64,000 nt of DNA from a virus. Taxonomy: Duplodnaviria > Caudoviricetes. The stretch lies in the IMG/VR virus record IMGVR_UViG_3300037312_000330, positions 184,885 to 248,884 of that record; one strand, written 5' to 3'. A program made the position numbers and the translations under genes. A model generated the notes under the pieces. The model was not told where the DNA came from. It searched no databases and saw only the letters and a program-made list of their open reading frames with translations. Shown here piece after piece: positions 17,906-26,182 of the stretch (its first letter is position 1; the number at the start of each line of letters is the position of its first letter).

Positions 17906-18736
17906 CTAGAGGTTCTGGTTTAGTTCATCTGCTTTTGCTTGCGCCGCACGATAGAGTGGGGTGCGGATCTTTAGTGGTCCTGGTATAACTAGATACCGTG
18001 TCTGGAATGTGCAACGCACATCTAGGTTGACTTTGCCGTCCTTCTTCACTTCCCACCCACTTGCATACATTCCTGGAATTCCCGGTTCAACGATAACCGG
18101 CATATCCTTCGCTTTATCTGGATTCAGATATCGGAATACCGTGTACTTTTCTATCTTGAGTGTAGTCGGTGATTCTACTTGCTTGTCAACCAAACGTTGA
18201 TTGTTTTGCAGACGCTGTCTGACTTCTTCTTCACGCTCTATCTGCTTCTTGGTCTTGAGACGTGGTCCTGTGTATTTGGCATCTGTAGTCATTCCCACGG
18301 ACTGCATCACGTGCTGCCACACTGGACCATGTGCGTCCTTTTCAGGACTATGCAGTATCTCGCTCACGTATTGGTGCGCCATCTCGTGGACTAGGGTGCC
18401 CAGCAGGTCTTTCTCGCCAGTCATGCCACCGAGATCGAACATCTGTTTGCCAAACTCCATCAGGTGACTGTATGGGCGCCACAATCCTAAGATCCGCTTC
18501 TTCCTGTTGATCTTGAATGGCGGACATTTCATTACTCCGCCATACAGATGCTTATTGAAGAATTCCCAGCGTTCCTTCAGATACTCGGTAACGTAGAAGT
18601 CATCGTTGCTTATCCCACCAATACTGCATACAGAGTAGCTGTACTTGAACGCTGGATTGCGGATTTTTACCGCACCATGCGGCAGAACTTCAACCAACTC
18701 TGAAGTAGAGAGGTTCGCAATGTTTAGAATGGGCAT
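17906..18736 (-). CDS. SprT-like zinc metalloprotease domain protein
   Basis: FNKHLYGG, TLVHEMAHQY (HExxH), DAHGPVWQ. Confidence 0.8.
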   Translation of the reverse strand: MPILNIANLSTSELVEVLPHGAVKIRNPAFKYSYSVCSIGGISNDDFYVTEYLKERWEFFNKHLYGGVMKCPPFKINRKKRILGLWRPYSHLMEFGKQMFDLGGMTGEKDLLGTLVHEMAHQYVSEILHSPEKDAHGPVWQHVMQSVGMTTDAKYTGPRLKTKKQIEREEEVRQRLQNNQRLVDKQVESPTTLKIEKYTVFRYLNPDKAKDMPVIVEPGIPGMYASGWEVKKDGKVNLDVRCTFQTRYLVIPGPLKIRTPLYRAAQAKADELNQNL

Positions 18737-18745
18737 CTGTTGTCC

Positions 18746-19447
18746 TTAAGACGGGATCACTGATGTTCCACCCGAAATAAGATCCCAAGAGCTAGTCGGA
18801 GTAGTTCCCGAAGCACGCAGCAGGCGTTTGTTCGTCAGATCCCATACCTTCTTGCCCTTGAACTTATTGACTGTGTTGAGCACAGACGCTGCACTTGCGA
18901 TGTTTGCAGCGGTGTCTTCTACCTCTGTAACCAGCACTGCAGTCGCAGCCGCATAGCTTGCGATCAATGTAGATACAGTGTTCGTGTCTACGAATCGATA
19001 TTCATAAGCGGCGACAGTAGATCCGTCGCCTTGCACCATGAATGTCGTTCCGGAAGCGGCTCCAGCAGAGACCAAAGCTGCACGCCCCAGGCTCTCGGTC
19101 AAATACATCGGAGCCAGCAAATACATCGCCGTCTGGATAGCAGCGGTTGCTGCCGCTATCTCATGATCGTAAGCGTTGGATTCGCTTATTGCTGCATTTT
19201 CCTCGCTTGTTGCGGCATTCTGTTCAGACTGTGCAGCATTCTTCTCACTCAATGATGCAGCTTGTTGAGAGGCAGCCGCATCAGAAGCATTCTTCAGGGA
19301 GGCAGCCGCCGAATCCGTCCCTGTCTTCAACAGATCAGCAACCTCTTCTTGCGGCAAATCCTGTCCGTTGAACGGAAGTGTCGGTGTGCGGGGTCGTTGA
19401 TATTGTTGCAGTAGGACCATCCCTACTGGAATCGGAGGATTCGACAT
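18746..19447 (-). CDS. Probable virion/tail-fibre-associated protein
   Basis: Ala/Ser-rich heptad run (AASQQAASLSEKNAAQSEQNAATSEENAA) like fibre linker repeats; C-terminal GKKVWDLTNKRLLRASG..W. Confidence 0.5.
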   Translation of the reverse strand: MSNPPIPVGMVLLQQYQRPRTPTLPFNGQDLPQEEVADLLKTGTDSAAASLKNASDAAASQQAASLSEKNAAQSEQNAATSEENAAISESNAYDHEIAAATAAIQTAMYLLAPMYLTESLGRAALVSAGAASGTTFMVQGDGSTVAAYEYRFVDTNTVSTLIASYAAATAVLVTEVEDTAANIASAASVLNTVNKFKGKKVWDLTNKRLLRASGTTPTSSWDLISGGTSVIPS

Positions 19448-19455
19448 TTCTACAC

Positions 19456-21330
19456 CTAGAGTTTGTACTTGCGGGAAAACTGCTCCCACGTCATAGTCGG
19501 AATTCCTTGTTGTTTAGCGATGTCGATTTTGCCACTGGATTTTCCACCCGGTCTAAACAGGAGAACAGTAGTGCGTTTCGGACTCCAGGACACAACAGAA
19601 CCGCCGTTCTTGATAACTGCCTGTTCTTGGTCCTTATCTCGATATCCAGTCCAACTGACGTTTATGCCCATCATCTTCTTGCTTGAAAGCTTGACCGACT
19701 TGGGCTTCACCACCTTGAGACCTGTGATGCGCAGCCATTTGACGAATTTTGGCAACCCTTGCGCAATCTTCTCAGCATTCGTGCGTTGGAATCCTGGAAG
19801 ACCCATTACCTCGCGAACGATTACCTTGGGAGATTGCTTCGCCAACTGCATCAAATTAAGCTGCTCGCTCAACGCAGTCAATTGCGTCTCCCCTACTCCA
19901 CGTGGGAACATAGAGCTCGCGTTCATCAATTGAGGTAACGTAAATCCTGCGTCTGTCTTCTCATGGATAGCCCGGTATAGCTTGTCCGCGCTGGTTTTCT
20001 TGAATCCAGGCACAGACTCGAAATCCTTGGCCGAAGCGCGCAAGATTTTCGTTACGCTGTCCAGTCCAATGTCCATCAGACGTTGGATAGTTTTCCCACG
20101 TAGGAAATCTACATCGAGTTTGAGGAACGTGCGAGCGATTCGCTGAACACGGAACTCGGCACTGGCCTTGGGATCATCCAGAACAATGTTCACACCGTTC
20201 TTGTCCCAATGGTAATTGCCAATGACATCCGGATCTGGCAACTTGGCCTTCACCTTCTTGTCGACACCGATGATGTCTGGAATAATGTCGCCACTGCGCA
20301 CCAGACGGACCACTGCACCTGGACCGATGCCCATCGACATCATCAGCTTGGCATTCTTTGCGGCCGCAAATCTGATTGTAGCTCCTGACAACTTGGTAGG
20401 CTCGATTTCCACACGCGGGATTAGATATCCATGTGGACTAACCTTCCAATGCATCTTTACTACGCGAGCAGTCGGGGCATCTTCGATTTCTACAGTCTCT
20501 TTAAACGCTACTCCCCAGTCTGGATTGCCAGACTTCGGCAACACAAGCTTCTTGTTCTGCACCAGCACCAGACCGTCACACTCGAACTGGCTGTTAGTCT
20601 TTCGTTTCTGTAGCAACTGAGCTAGACGGTTGAACGTCAGTTCCGCGCTCTTTACCACTCGATATGAAACTACGCGAAACCCTGATCGCTCCAGGAACTT
20701 GAGGCCTGCCGAGAACTTCGGTGGATTCGGGTCCAGTAGCTGAAGCGCCACCACCTGTAGATCTTTTAGGGAGTGGTGTACGTCTGTTCGATTCAGAATG
20801 CCCGACGCAGCATTACGAGCAGCATCGAAGTCTTTGGTGTATTTCTGGAACGCAGCTTTCGTGAAGATGCCCTCACAACGAACGATCACGCGTTTCTTGG
20901 TGCTCAGCTTCTTCGGGATGCCACGCAGATGTGGAATCAGATAGCTAACATCCCCACCAATCTTCCCGTTGCCTCTTGTGTAGAGCTTTATCGGCACTCC
21001 TTCGTACACGAGTTCCAGAGCTGCCCCATCTAGCTTGTCCATGATGACCACTTCATCAGGACTATGCTCCAACCAATTCGCCACCTGTTCTGGCTTCTTG
21101 ATTTTGTCTAGAGAGAAAATGGGAACCGGCAACTGCGCCTTGGTCTTCTTGTTCTTTACCGGAGCACCCGCTTTGAAGCCGCTCCAATTCGGAACCTGTT
21201 CTTTCAGATAGTCTTCAAGCCTATCGAAGTCCGCGTCCGACATGATTGGCTTGTCGTTGTAATACGCGTCCTTAGCACGCCGGTAAAGAATTTTTAGCTG
21301 TGCTACAGGGAGCTTGAGGTTAGGCTTCAT
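19456..21330 (-). CDS. ligA: NAD-dependent DNA ligase
   Basis: MSDADFDRL, SLDK, adenylation motif KLDG, YTRGNG, VRCEG, RNAASG, CDGLV, RSGDIIP, HhH repeats and a C-terminal BRCT domain. Confidence 0.95.
   Translation of the reverse strand: MKPNLKLPVAQLKILYRRAKDAYYNDKPIMSDADFDRLEDYLKEQVPNWSGFKAGAPVKNKKTKAQLPVPIFSLDKIKKPEQVANWLEHSPDEVVIMDKLDGAALELVYEGVPIKLYTRGNGKIGGDVSYLIPHLRGIPKKLSTKKRVIVRCEGIFTKAAFQKYTKDFDAARNAASGILNRTDVHHSLKDLQVVALQLLDPNPPKFSAGLKFLERSGFRVVSYRVVKSAELTFNRLAQLLQKRKTNSQFECDGLVLVQNKKLVLPKSGNPDWGVAFKETVEIEDAPTARVVKMHWKVSPHGYLIPRVEIEPTKLSGATIRFAAAKNAKLMMSMGIGPGAVVRLVRSGDIIPDIIGVDKKVKAKLPDPDVIGNYHWDKNGVNIVLDDPKASAEFRVQRIARTFLKLDVDFLRGKTIQRLMDIGLDSVTKILRASAKDFESVPGFKKTSADKLYRAIHEKTDAGFTLPQLMNASSMFPRGVGETQLTALSEQLNLMQLAKQSPKVIVREVMGLPGFQRTNAEKIAQGLPKFVKWLRITGLKVVKPKSVKLSSKKMMGINVSWTGYRDKDQEQAVIKNGGSVVSWSPKRTTVLLFRPGGKSSGKIDIAKQQGIPTMTWEQFSRKYKL
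19849..19858 (-). promoter_or_regulatory. Class B motif TAATTTGATG inside ligA
   Basis: Perfect 10-mer ~400 nt upstream of the putative virion gene 18746-19447; could be chance. Confidence 0.3.
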
Positions 21331-21860
21331 GTCTGTGCTGCCAGTCTAGTCATATCCAACAGTCGGATGGTGTCTGGCACCTGTGGATCCCACTCAAATG
21401 GTTGTGCGTTCCCCACGTGACGACCCTGATGGCTTTCGATCTTCTCACGAGGAACCTTAAGCGTATCGAACAAAACCTGCATCGTATGATAGTGCGATAC
21501 GATCAACACGTTGCCACTAGTCCAAGTGTGCAGAAGATTGTTCATTCCGTCACGTACACGCGCTTGCTCTAGCTCGCTCTCTGGATTAGCCAACTCATTG
21601 AAGGCAGGCAGGTTGATCCAGTGCCTCTGCCAACCAACTTCATACAGGAGGCAAGCCATCGTGTGACGCGCTCTCGTGAGATTGGAAGAATAGAGATGTT
21701 CGAACTCAATTCCAGCGCGCATGAAGTAATGGCCGCACACGGCGGCCTGTCTTACTCCATACGGTGAAAGGAAGTTGCACTCGTCAGAACGATAGGCAGG
21801 TTTCCACACATTGCCCATGGACTCGCCATGACGCACCATATAGAGCTTGCCTCTGGTCAT
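21327..21860 (-). CDS. Histidine phosphatase (phosphoglycerate mutase family)
   Basis: LYMVRHGES, SSNLTRARHT, LIVSH. Confidence 0.85.
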   Translation of the reverse strand: MTRGKLYMVRHGESMGNVWKPAYRSDECNFLSPYGVRQAAVCGHYFMRAGIEFEHLYSSNLTRARHTMACLLYEVGWQRHWINLPAFNELANPESELEQARVRDGMNNLLHTWTSGNVLIVSHYHTMQVLFDTLKVPREKIESHQGRHVGNAQPFEWDPQVPDTIRLLDMTRLAAQT

Positions 21861-22102
21861 CGGAAGTTGTCCACGAAGTTGCGTGTCTCGGACAGAATGT
21901 CCTTCGATTTCTCGATTGTGATGGTGATGTGGATGAACGGCACCGGAATCGGGAGAGTCACGTACAGCACACCCTTTTCTATATCAGAGTTCACCTTCAT
22001 AGAACTGTAGTCAGGCCTGAACGTGTGGATCTGACTTACTGGTGCCTTCAGTGGTTCCACAGGACAGTCTTCGAATGGAATGACGTCAGGTGATGGTATC
22101 AT
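21857..22102 (-). CDS. Hypothetical protein
   Basis: ATGA-coupled ORF. Confidence 0.5.
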   Translation of the reverse strand: MIPSPDVIPFEDCPVEPLKAPVSQIHTFRPDYSSMKVNSDIEKGVLYVTLPIPVPFIHITITIEKSKDILSETRNFVDNFR

Positions 22103-22368
22103 CCTGGATACCCTCCGTGAGCGGGGCGATACGTAATGGCGGTCTGACGTTTGCGCATTTCTTCAGCTTGATACGCAGCCATCTCCTTTGCTATAAGCTG
22201 GAAAGTCTTTTTCCAGCCTCCTATGCAGCACGGCATAACATGCATCATGCGCGGCATGCCGCATCTAAACGATCGGTGACAAGCACAATGGCACGGTTCC
22301 CAATCTCCAGGTTCGCCGTTTGGACGCCAGCGAAAAGATTCGAACTCTTCGTCGTAATGTTCCAACAT
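22099..22368 (-). CDS. Small Cys-containing hypothetical protein
   Basis: CHCACH...CG...HVMPCC pattern. Confidence 0.5.
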   Translation of the reverse strand: MLEHYDEEFESFRWRPNGEPGDWEPCHCACHRSFRCGMPRMMHVMPCCIGGWKKTFQLIAKEMAAYQAEEMRKRQTAITYRPAHGGYPG

Positions 22369-22387
22369 TTCAGGTTCTCCTTTGTGG

Positions 22388-23191
22388 TTATTCGTCCGGT
22401 GATTCGTCTTCGTGCACTATCTTCAACGCGGCAGGTGGAATGTGTGTGTATGTCCACACGGCGTTTTCTTCTGCAGAGTCCTGGAAGAACTTTGTCCCCG
22501 GTCTACAGGAAGCTACGTTGATCTCAAAGATCACAAGCGGCATGTTCATGTCGGCACCACCATAATAGAGCTTCTCTATACCAATGTCCTGGTTGAAGAT
22601 ATGGTACGCTAGTTCGCGTATCATTGGCATATCCATTTCTTTCAACAGGAACACACGAGGTGGGTACTTGAAGTCACTGTGTCGGCCGTCGTTTGTGCCT
22701 TTAGGAATAAGTCCCTTTCGGACTATCCTATCCTTGTTGTAGAACGGACTAAAGTGATAGAGTTTGGGTGGAGGTGTGACTTGTTCTTGATACTTGAGCG
22801 CTTCAAGAACGTATTTGCTACTTCTAGAGGCGACGAACCATCCGTGCTGATTGAACATCTTGTTCAACCATCGTTCTAGAACTTCTGCGCGAGTGTTTGC
22901 GTCCTGCCATTCCCATATCTCAAGCCCGAACAATTTGCGCGTCACGCCAGCCATCAGTTGTTCGAACGGAGCGCGTTGAAATGCGACGTGATCACTGAAC
23001 TCGGCTAATTTCAGTCGATCTAGAAGGAAGTCTTGCCATTCCTCAAGCGACATGAAGTGATGGTCGACGTCTTCCTTCTTGCGCTTCTCTGTGAGAATGT
23101 TCTTCTTGATCCACCCTGTTAGCAGTTCAGCCACTTGCTGTGCCTTAATGCTCTTGCGCGTGGCACTTGTTACTCTGTTCTCTATTGACAT
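22388..23191 (-). CDS. Protein with C-terminal ADP-ribosyltransferase-fold (Tpt1/KptA-like) domain
   Basis: KLYHFS...RIVRKGLIPK...RVFL...IFEIN...AVWTYTHIPPAAL, the usual H-first ART-fold layout. Confidence 0.55.
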   Translation of the reverse strand: MSIENRVTSATRKSIKAQQVAELLTGWIKKNILTEKRKKEDVDHHFMSLEEWQDFLLDRLKLAEFSDHVAFQRAPFEQLMAGVTRKLFGLEIWEWQDANTRAEVLERWLNKMFNQHGWFVASRSSKYVLEALKYQEQVTPPPKLYHFSPFYNKDRIVRKGLIPKGTNDGRHSDFKYPPRVFLLKEMDMPMIRELAYHIFNQDIGIEKLYYGGADMNMPLVIFEINVASCRPGTKFFQDSAEENAVWTYTHIPPAALKIVHEDESPDE

Positions 23192-23197
23192 GATCGA

Positions 23198-23680
23198 TCA
23201 GAACAACTCGTCCGTCCAGCCCTTATTCTTGAGCCATTCAGGGGGTGGACGATCCAGATCGATGATCGGTGGAATCATTTCCACGTCAGGATTGGTGTGG
23301 TCGAGAGCAGCATACGGGTCTTCGTCATTGATGATGAGACCCGGGAGCTCACGTCCCTTATTAATCTCGACGATCTCATAGTCCACCCCCTCAGGCAGCC
23401 TGTCTAGGACTGCCATTGGATCAGCCACGTCACTGTCAGAAGCGATCTTGTTGTCGTAGTCGATATAAACTCGGTACGTGTCGCAGTTCAGTATGTCTGG
23501 GACAAAAGTGACACTAGTCACGCCAGAGAACAGGGTAGCCAAATCAGCATTCGAGCCCACTGTCAACTGGATGCCACTCTTTCGTGCCAACCTATCCAAC
23601 GTGAGGATGTCGCGGAGTACACGGTTCTTCACCATGGAGGTCCACGTATCGCTCACAAGACCAATTTTGAAGATCTCCAT
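23198..23680 (-). CDS. Hypothetical protein
   Basis: AAGGA RBS; co-oriented in the packaging block. Confidence 0.65.
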   Translation of the reverse strand: MEIFKIGLVSDTWTSMVKNRVLRDILTLDRLARKSGIQLTVGSNADLATLFSGVTSVTFVPDILNCDTYRVYIDYDNKIASDSDVADPMAVLDRLPEGVDYEIVEINKGRELPGLIINDEDPYAALDHTNPDVEMIPPIIDLDRPPPEWLKNKGWTDELF

Positions 23681-23689
23681 GGTTATTCC

Positions 23690-26173
23690 TTAGCCTTCGT
23701 CCTGCTCGTCTTCACCTTCATCGGATGGCTTTTCCTTTCCACCCTTGAAGCCCTTCTTATTTACAGGCTTTTGATCGGGCTCTTTTCCGGAAGGTGCTTC
23801 CTCGTCATCATCCTCGTCATCAGCATCTTCTTCGCCCGGGTCTTCGTCAGTACCGTCGTCGTCAGCTTCGTCTTCGTTCTCTTCACCGAGATCGGAGCTT
23901 TCGCCTTCGTCGTCCTCATCATTGTCGTCTTCCTCGTCCTTGTCGCTGCTATCTTCATCAGAGTCAGATTCGTCGACACCTTCGTCGTGCAATTCCTGCT
24001 CGCCGTCTTGGTTGTCGTCTTCCTCATCGTCATCTGTGTTCAGCAGCTCGTACAGACTGAGGCCATTGTACCCGTCGTCAGGACCGATATCACCTCCAAA
24101 GCCGTCACCGAGGTCAACGTCAGGCTCTTCATCATCGAGGAAACCTTCGTCTGAGTCTAGGTCTTCAACGCCTTCTTCTTCAGAATCGTCTTCACCCTCG
24201 TCCTCATCGTCGTCTACGCCATCGTCTTCCTCGTCATAGCCTTCGGTTCCGTCGTCACCGTCACCGCTATCGTCTTCGCTGTCGTTTAGATTTTCGCCGT
24301 CAGATTCTTCGTAATCGTCACCGGGACTGTCTTCCGAATCGTCTTCGTCTCCAGACTCGTCGTCAGCGTCTTCTTCATTGTCGTTTACTTCGTCTGAGTC
24401 GTCTTCGTCCGAGCTGGAGTCTTCAGAGTCGTCTCCGTCATCTCCTTCAGAATCCTCCTCCTCTCCAGATCCTCTTTCATCATCCGAGCTTTCTCCATCA
24501 TCTGATGTATCTTGCTCGTCCTCGGAATCGTTCTCAGTGTCAGCATCGTCATCCCCATCGTCGTCTACAGAATCGTCGTCTACAGAATCGTCGTCTACAG
24601 AATCGTCGTCTACAGAATCGTCGTCTACAGAATCGTCGTCTACAGAATCGTCGTCTACAGAATCGTCGTCCGATTCGTCCGATTCGTCCGATCCACTGTC
24701 AGAGTCCGAGTCCATCTGAGTGTCGGAATTGTCATCATCTTCCGAAGGGTCGCTGTCGTCTGAGTCAGATTCATCGGAGCTATCATCGTTCTCATCTGCA
24801 TCTGAGCCATCTTCGTTGCTATCTTCTCCATCAGATCCTTCTGAATCGTCAGATCCGTCGTCATCTGATTCTTCATCATCTGATTCGTCTTCAGAATCGC
24901 TTCCGTCGTCACTTGGCTCCGATTCGTCGTCCTCGTCGTCTGAGTCGGATTCACTGTCCGAATCATCCGAGCTATCGTCGTCAGAATCTTCGTCCACACT
25001 GTCGGTGTTTTTGCCGTCATCACTGGAGTCATCTTCATCGTTGTTCTCCGAGCTGTCTTCGCCGTCGCTGTCTTCATCCGACAAGTCACCGTCCACATCG
25101 GACTGGTCTTCATCGTCGTCCAAATCATCGTCTTCTGGCGCGCTATCGTCAGAATCAGAATCTTCATCCGATTGCAACAACTTATCGACAGTGTTCATGT
25201 CTTCGTCACTGTCATCATCGGAGTCATCATCGTCTGACTCGTCTGAATCGTCATCTGAGTCATCGTCATCGTCATCGGCACTCAGATCTAGCAGGTCGTC
25301 ATCACCGTCTTCGCCGTCTTTGTCTTCTGGGTGCAGACCCTTAGCAGCTTTAATCCAAGCATCCTTCGGGATCTTTCCGCTACCGAGGTAGTCACCGAGG
25401 GCTTCGATAATCTTCTGGAGCATCACATCGTCAACGTCTTGACCACCGGCATCATCAGCCAGTTCGAGACGCCTAGCAATCACGCGATTGATTGCAGAAT
25501 GTTCTATACCTTGAACTGCTTCTGTTCCGAGACCAACCAGTCCGTGCGAAAGTGCTTTGGTAATACCATCCTTGGCAACGTCGAAAGCAACGTGACGGAG
25601 CGCCAGAACCACACCATGAGCCAATCCGCCCATGATTGCAACACCGGCAGTCGCGGCTAGTGCATCAGCAACTAGAGCCTTTACGGCATGCTTATCATGT
25701 TCTGTCAGAGGCTGGCGTTTGAGCAGTTTCTTGAAACCAACTACTCCGTCTTTCCACTCTTTCACCTGATGCTTCAGCATCTTGGCAATGGTGCCAGACT
25801 TCTTCTTCACATGGTGCGCCAGTTTCTTCCGTTGTGGCGAGTTCGGTTTGTCGCCACCAGATTGGAAGAACTTCTGCACATCAGGGTGCGTACCGTTCAA
25901 ATGCTTCTTGACATCAGGATCGTGCTTCAACAGATCGGGATGTTGTTGCTTTTCCTCGTGATCTTGCAGACTCTTGTGAGAAGGACGTGTCTCACGAGCC
26001 TGCTTCATTTTCTCGTGAATTTCTTTAGCCTTCTTACTGTCTGGGTGTTCAGAAAGATATTCAGCCTGACCCTCAGGACTGAGCTCAGCCCACCAATCGG
26101 CCGTCTCAAGCTGGCGTCCACTCATCTGGTTGACAGCCACAAGACGGTCTCGAACGTTTGTCTTGTATTCCAT
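23690..26173 (-). CDS. Very acidic 827-aa protein: folded N-terminal ~280 aa plus ~540 aa Asp/Glu/Ser tract
   Basis: GAGGA RBS; immediately downstream of the portal gene; composition seen directly. Confidence 0.8.
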   Translation of the reverse strand: MEYKTNVRDRLVAVNQMSGRQLETADWWAELSPEGQAEYLSEHPDSKKAKEIHEKMKQARETRPSHKSLQDHEEKQQHPDLLKHDPDVKKHLNGTHPDVQKFFQSGGDKPNSPQRKKLAHHVKKKSGTIAKMLKHQVKEWKDGVVGFKKLLKRQPLTEHDKHAVKALVADALAATAGVAIMGGLAHGVVLALRHVAFDVAKDGITKALSHGLVGLGTEAVQGIEHSAINRVIARRLELADDAGGQDVDDVMLQKIIEALGDYLGSGKIPKDAWIKAAKGLHPEDKDGEDGDDDLLDLSADDDDDDSDDDSDESDDDDSDDDSDEDMNTVDKLLQSDEDSDSDDSAPEDDDLDDDEDQSDVDGDLSDEDSDGEDSSENNDEDDSSDDGKNTDSVDEDSDDDSSDDSDSESDSDDEDDESEPSDDGSDSEDESDDEESDDDGSDDSEGSDGEDSNEDGSDADENDDSSDESDSDDSDPSEDDDNSDTQMDSDSDSGSDESDESDDDSVDDDSVDDDSVDDDSVDDDSVDDDSVDDDSVDDDGDDDADTENDSEDEQDTSDDGESSDDERGSGEEEDSEGDDGDDSEDSSSDEDDSDEVNDNEEDADDESGDEDDSEDSPGDDYEESDGENLNDSEDDSGDGDDGTEGYDEEDDGVDDDEDEGEDDSEEEGVEDLDSDEGFLDDEEPDVDLGDGFGGDIGPDDGYNGLSLYELLNTDDDEEDDNQDGEQELHDEGVDESDSDEDSSDKDEEDDNDEDDEGESSDLGEENEDEADDDGTDEDPGEEDADDEDDDEEAPSGKEPDQKPVNKKGFKGGKEKPSDEGEDEQDEG
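24557..24670. repeat. Perfect 15-bp tandem repeat ATCGTCGTCTACAGA x7 plus partial (encodes SVDDD x7)
   Basis: Units start at 24557 every 15 nt; in-frame coding VNTR. Confidence 0.95.
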
Positions 26174-26182
26174 GTGTTCCTC

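Noticed and set aside
24557-24670. 15-bp repeat array as a possible CRISPR or DGR-type element
   Set aside because: The units are directly adjacent with no spacers and in frame within a CDS (SVDDD); this is a coding VNTR.
23761-25660. Multiple overlapping ORFs (poly-Ser, IVVYR and RRLQN repeats) across the acidic protein
   Set aside because: Other-frame readings of the same low-complexity tract.
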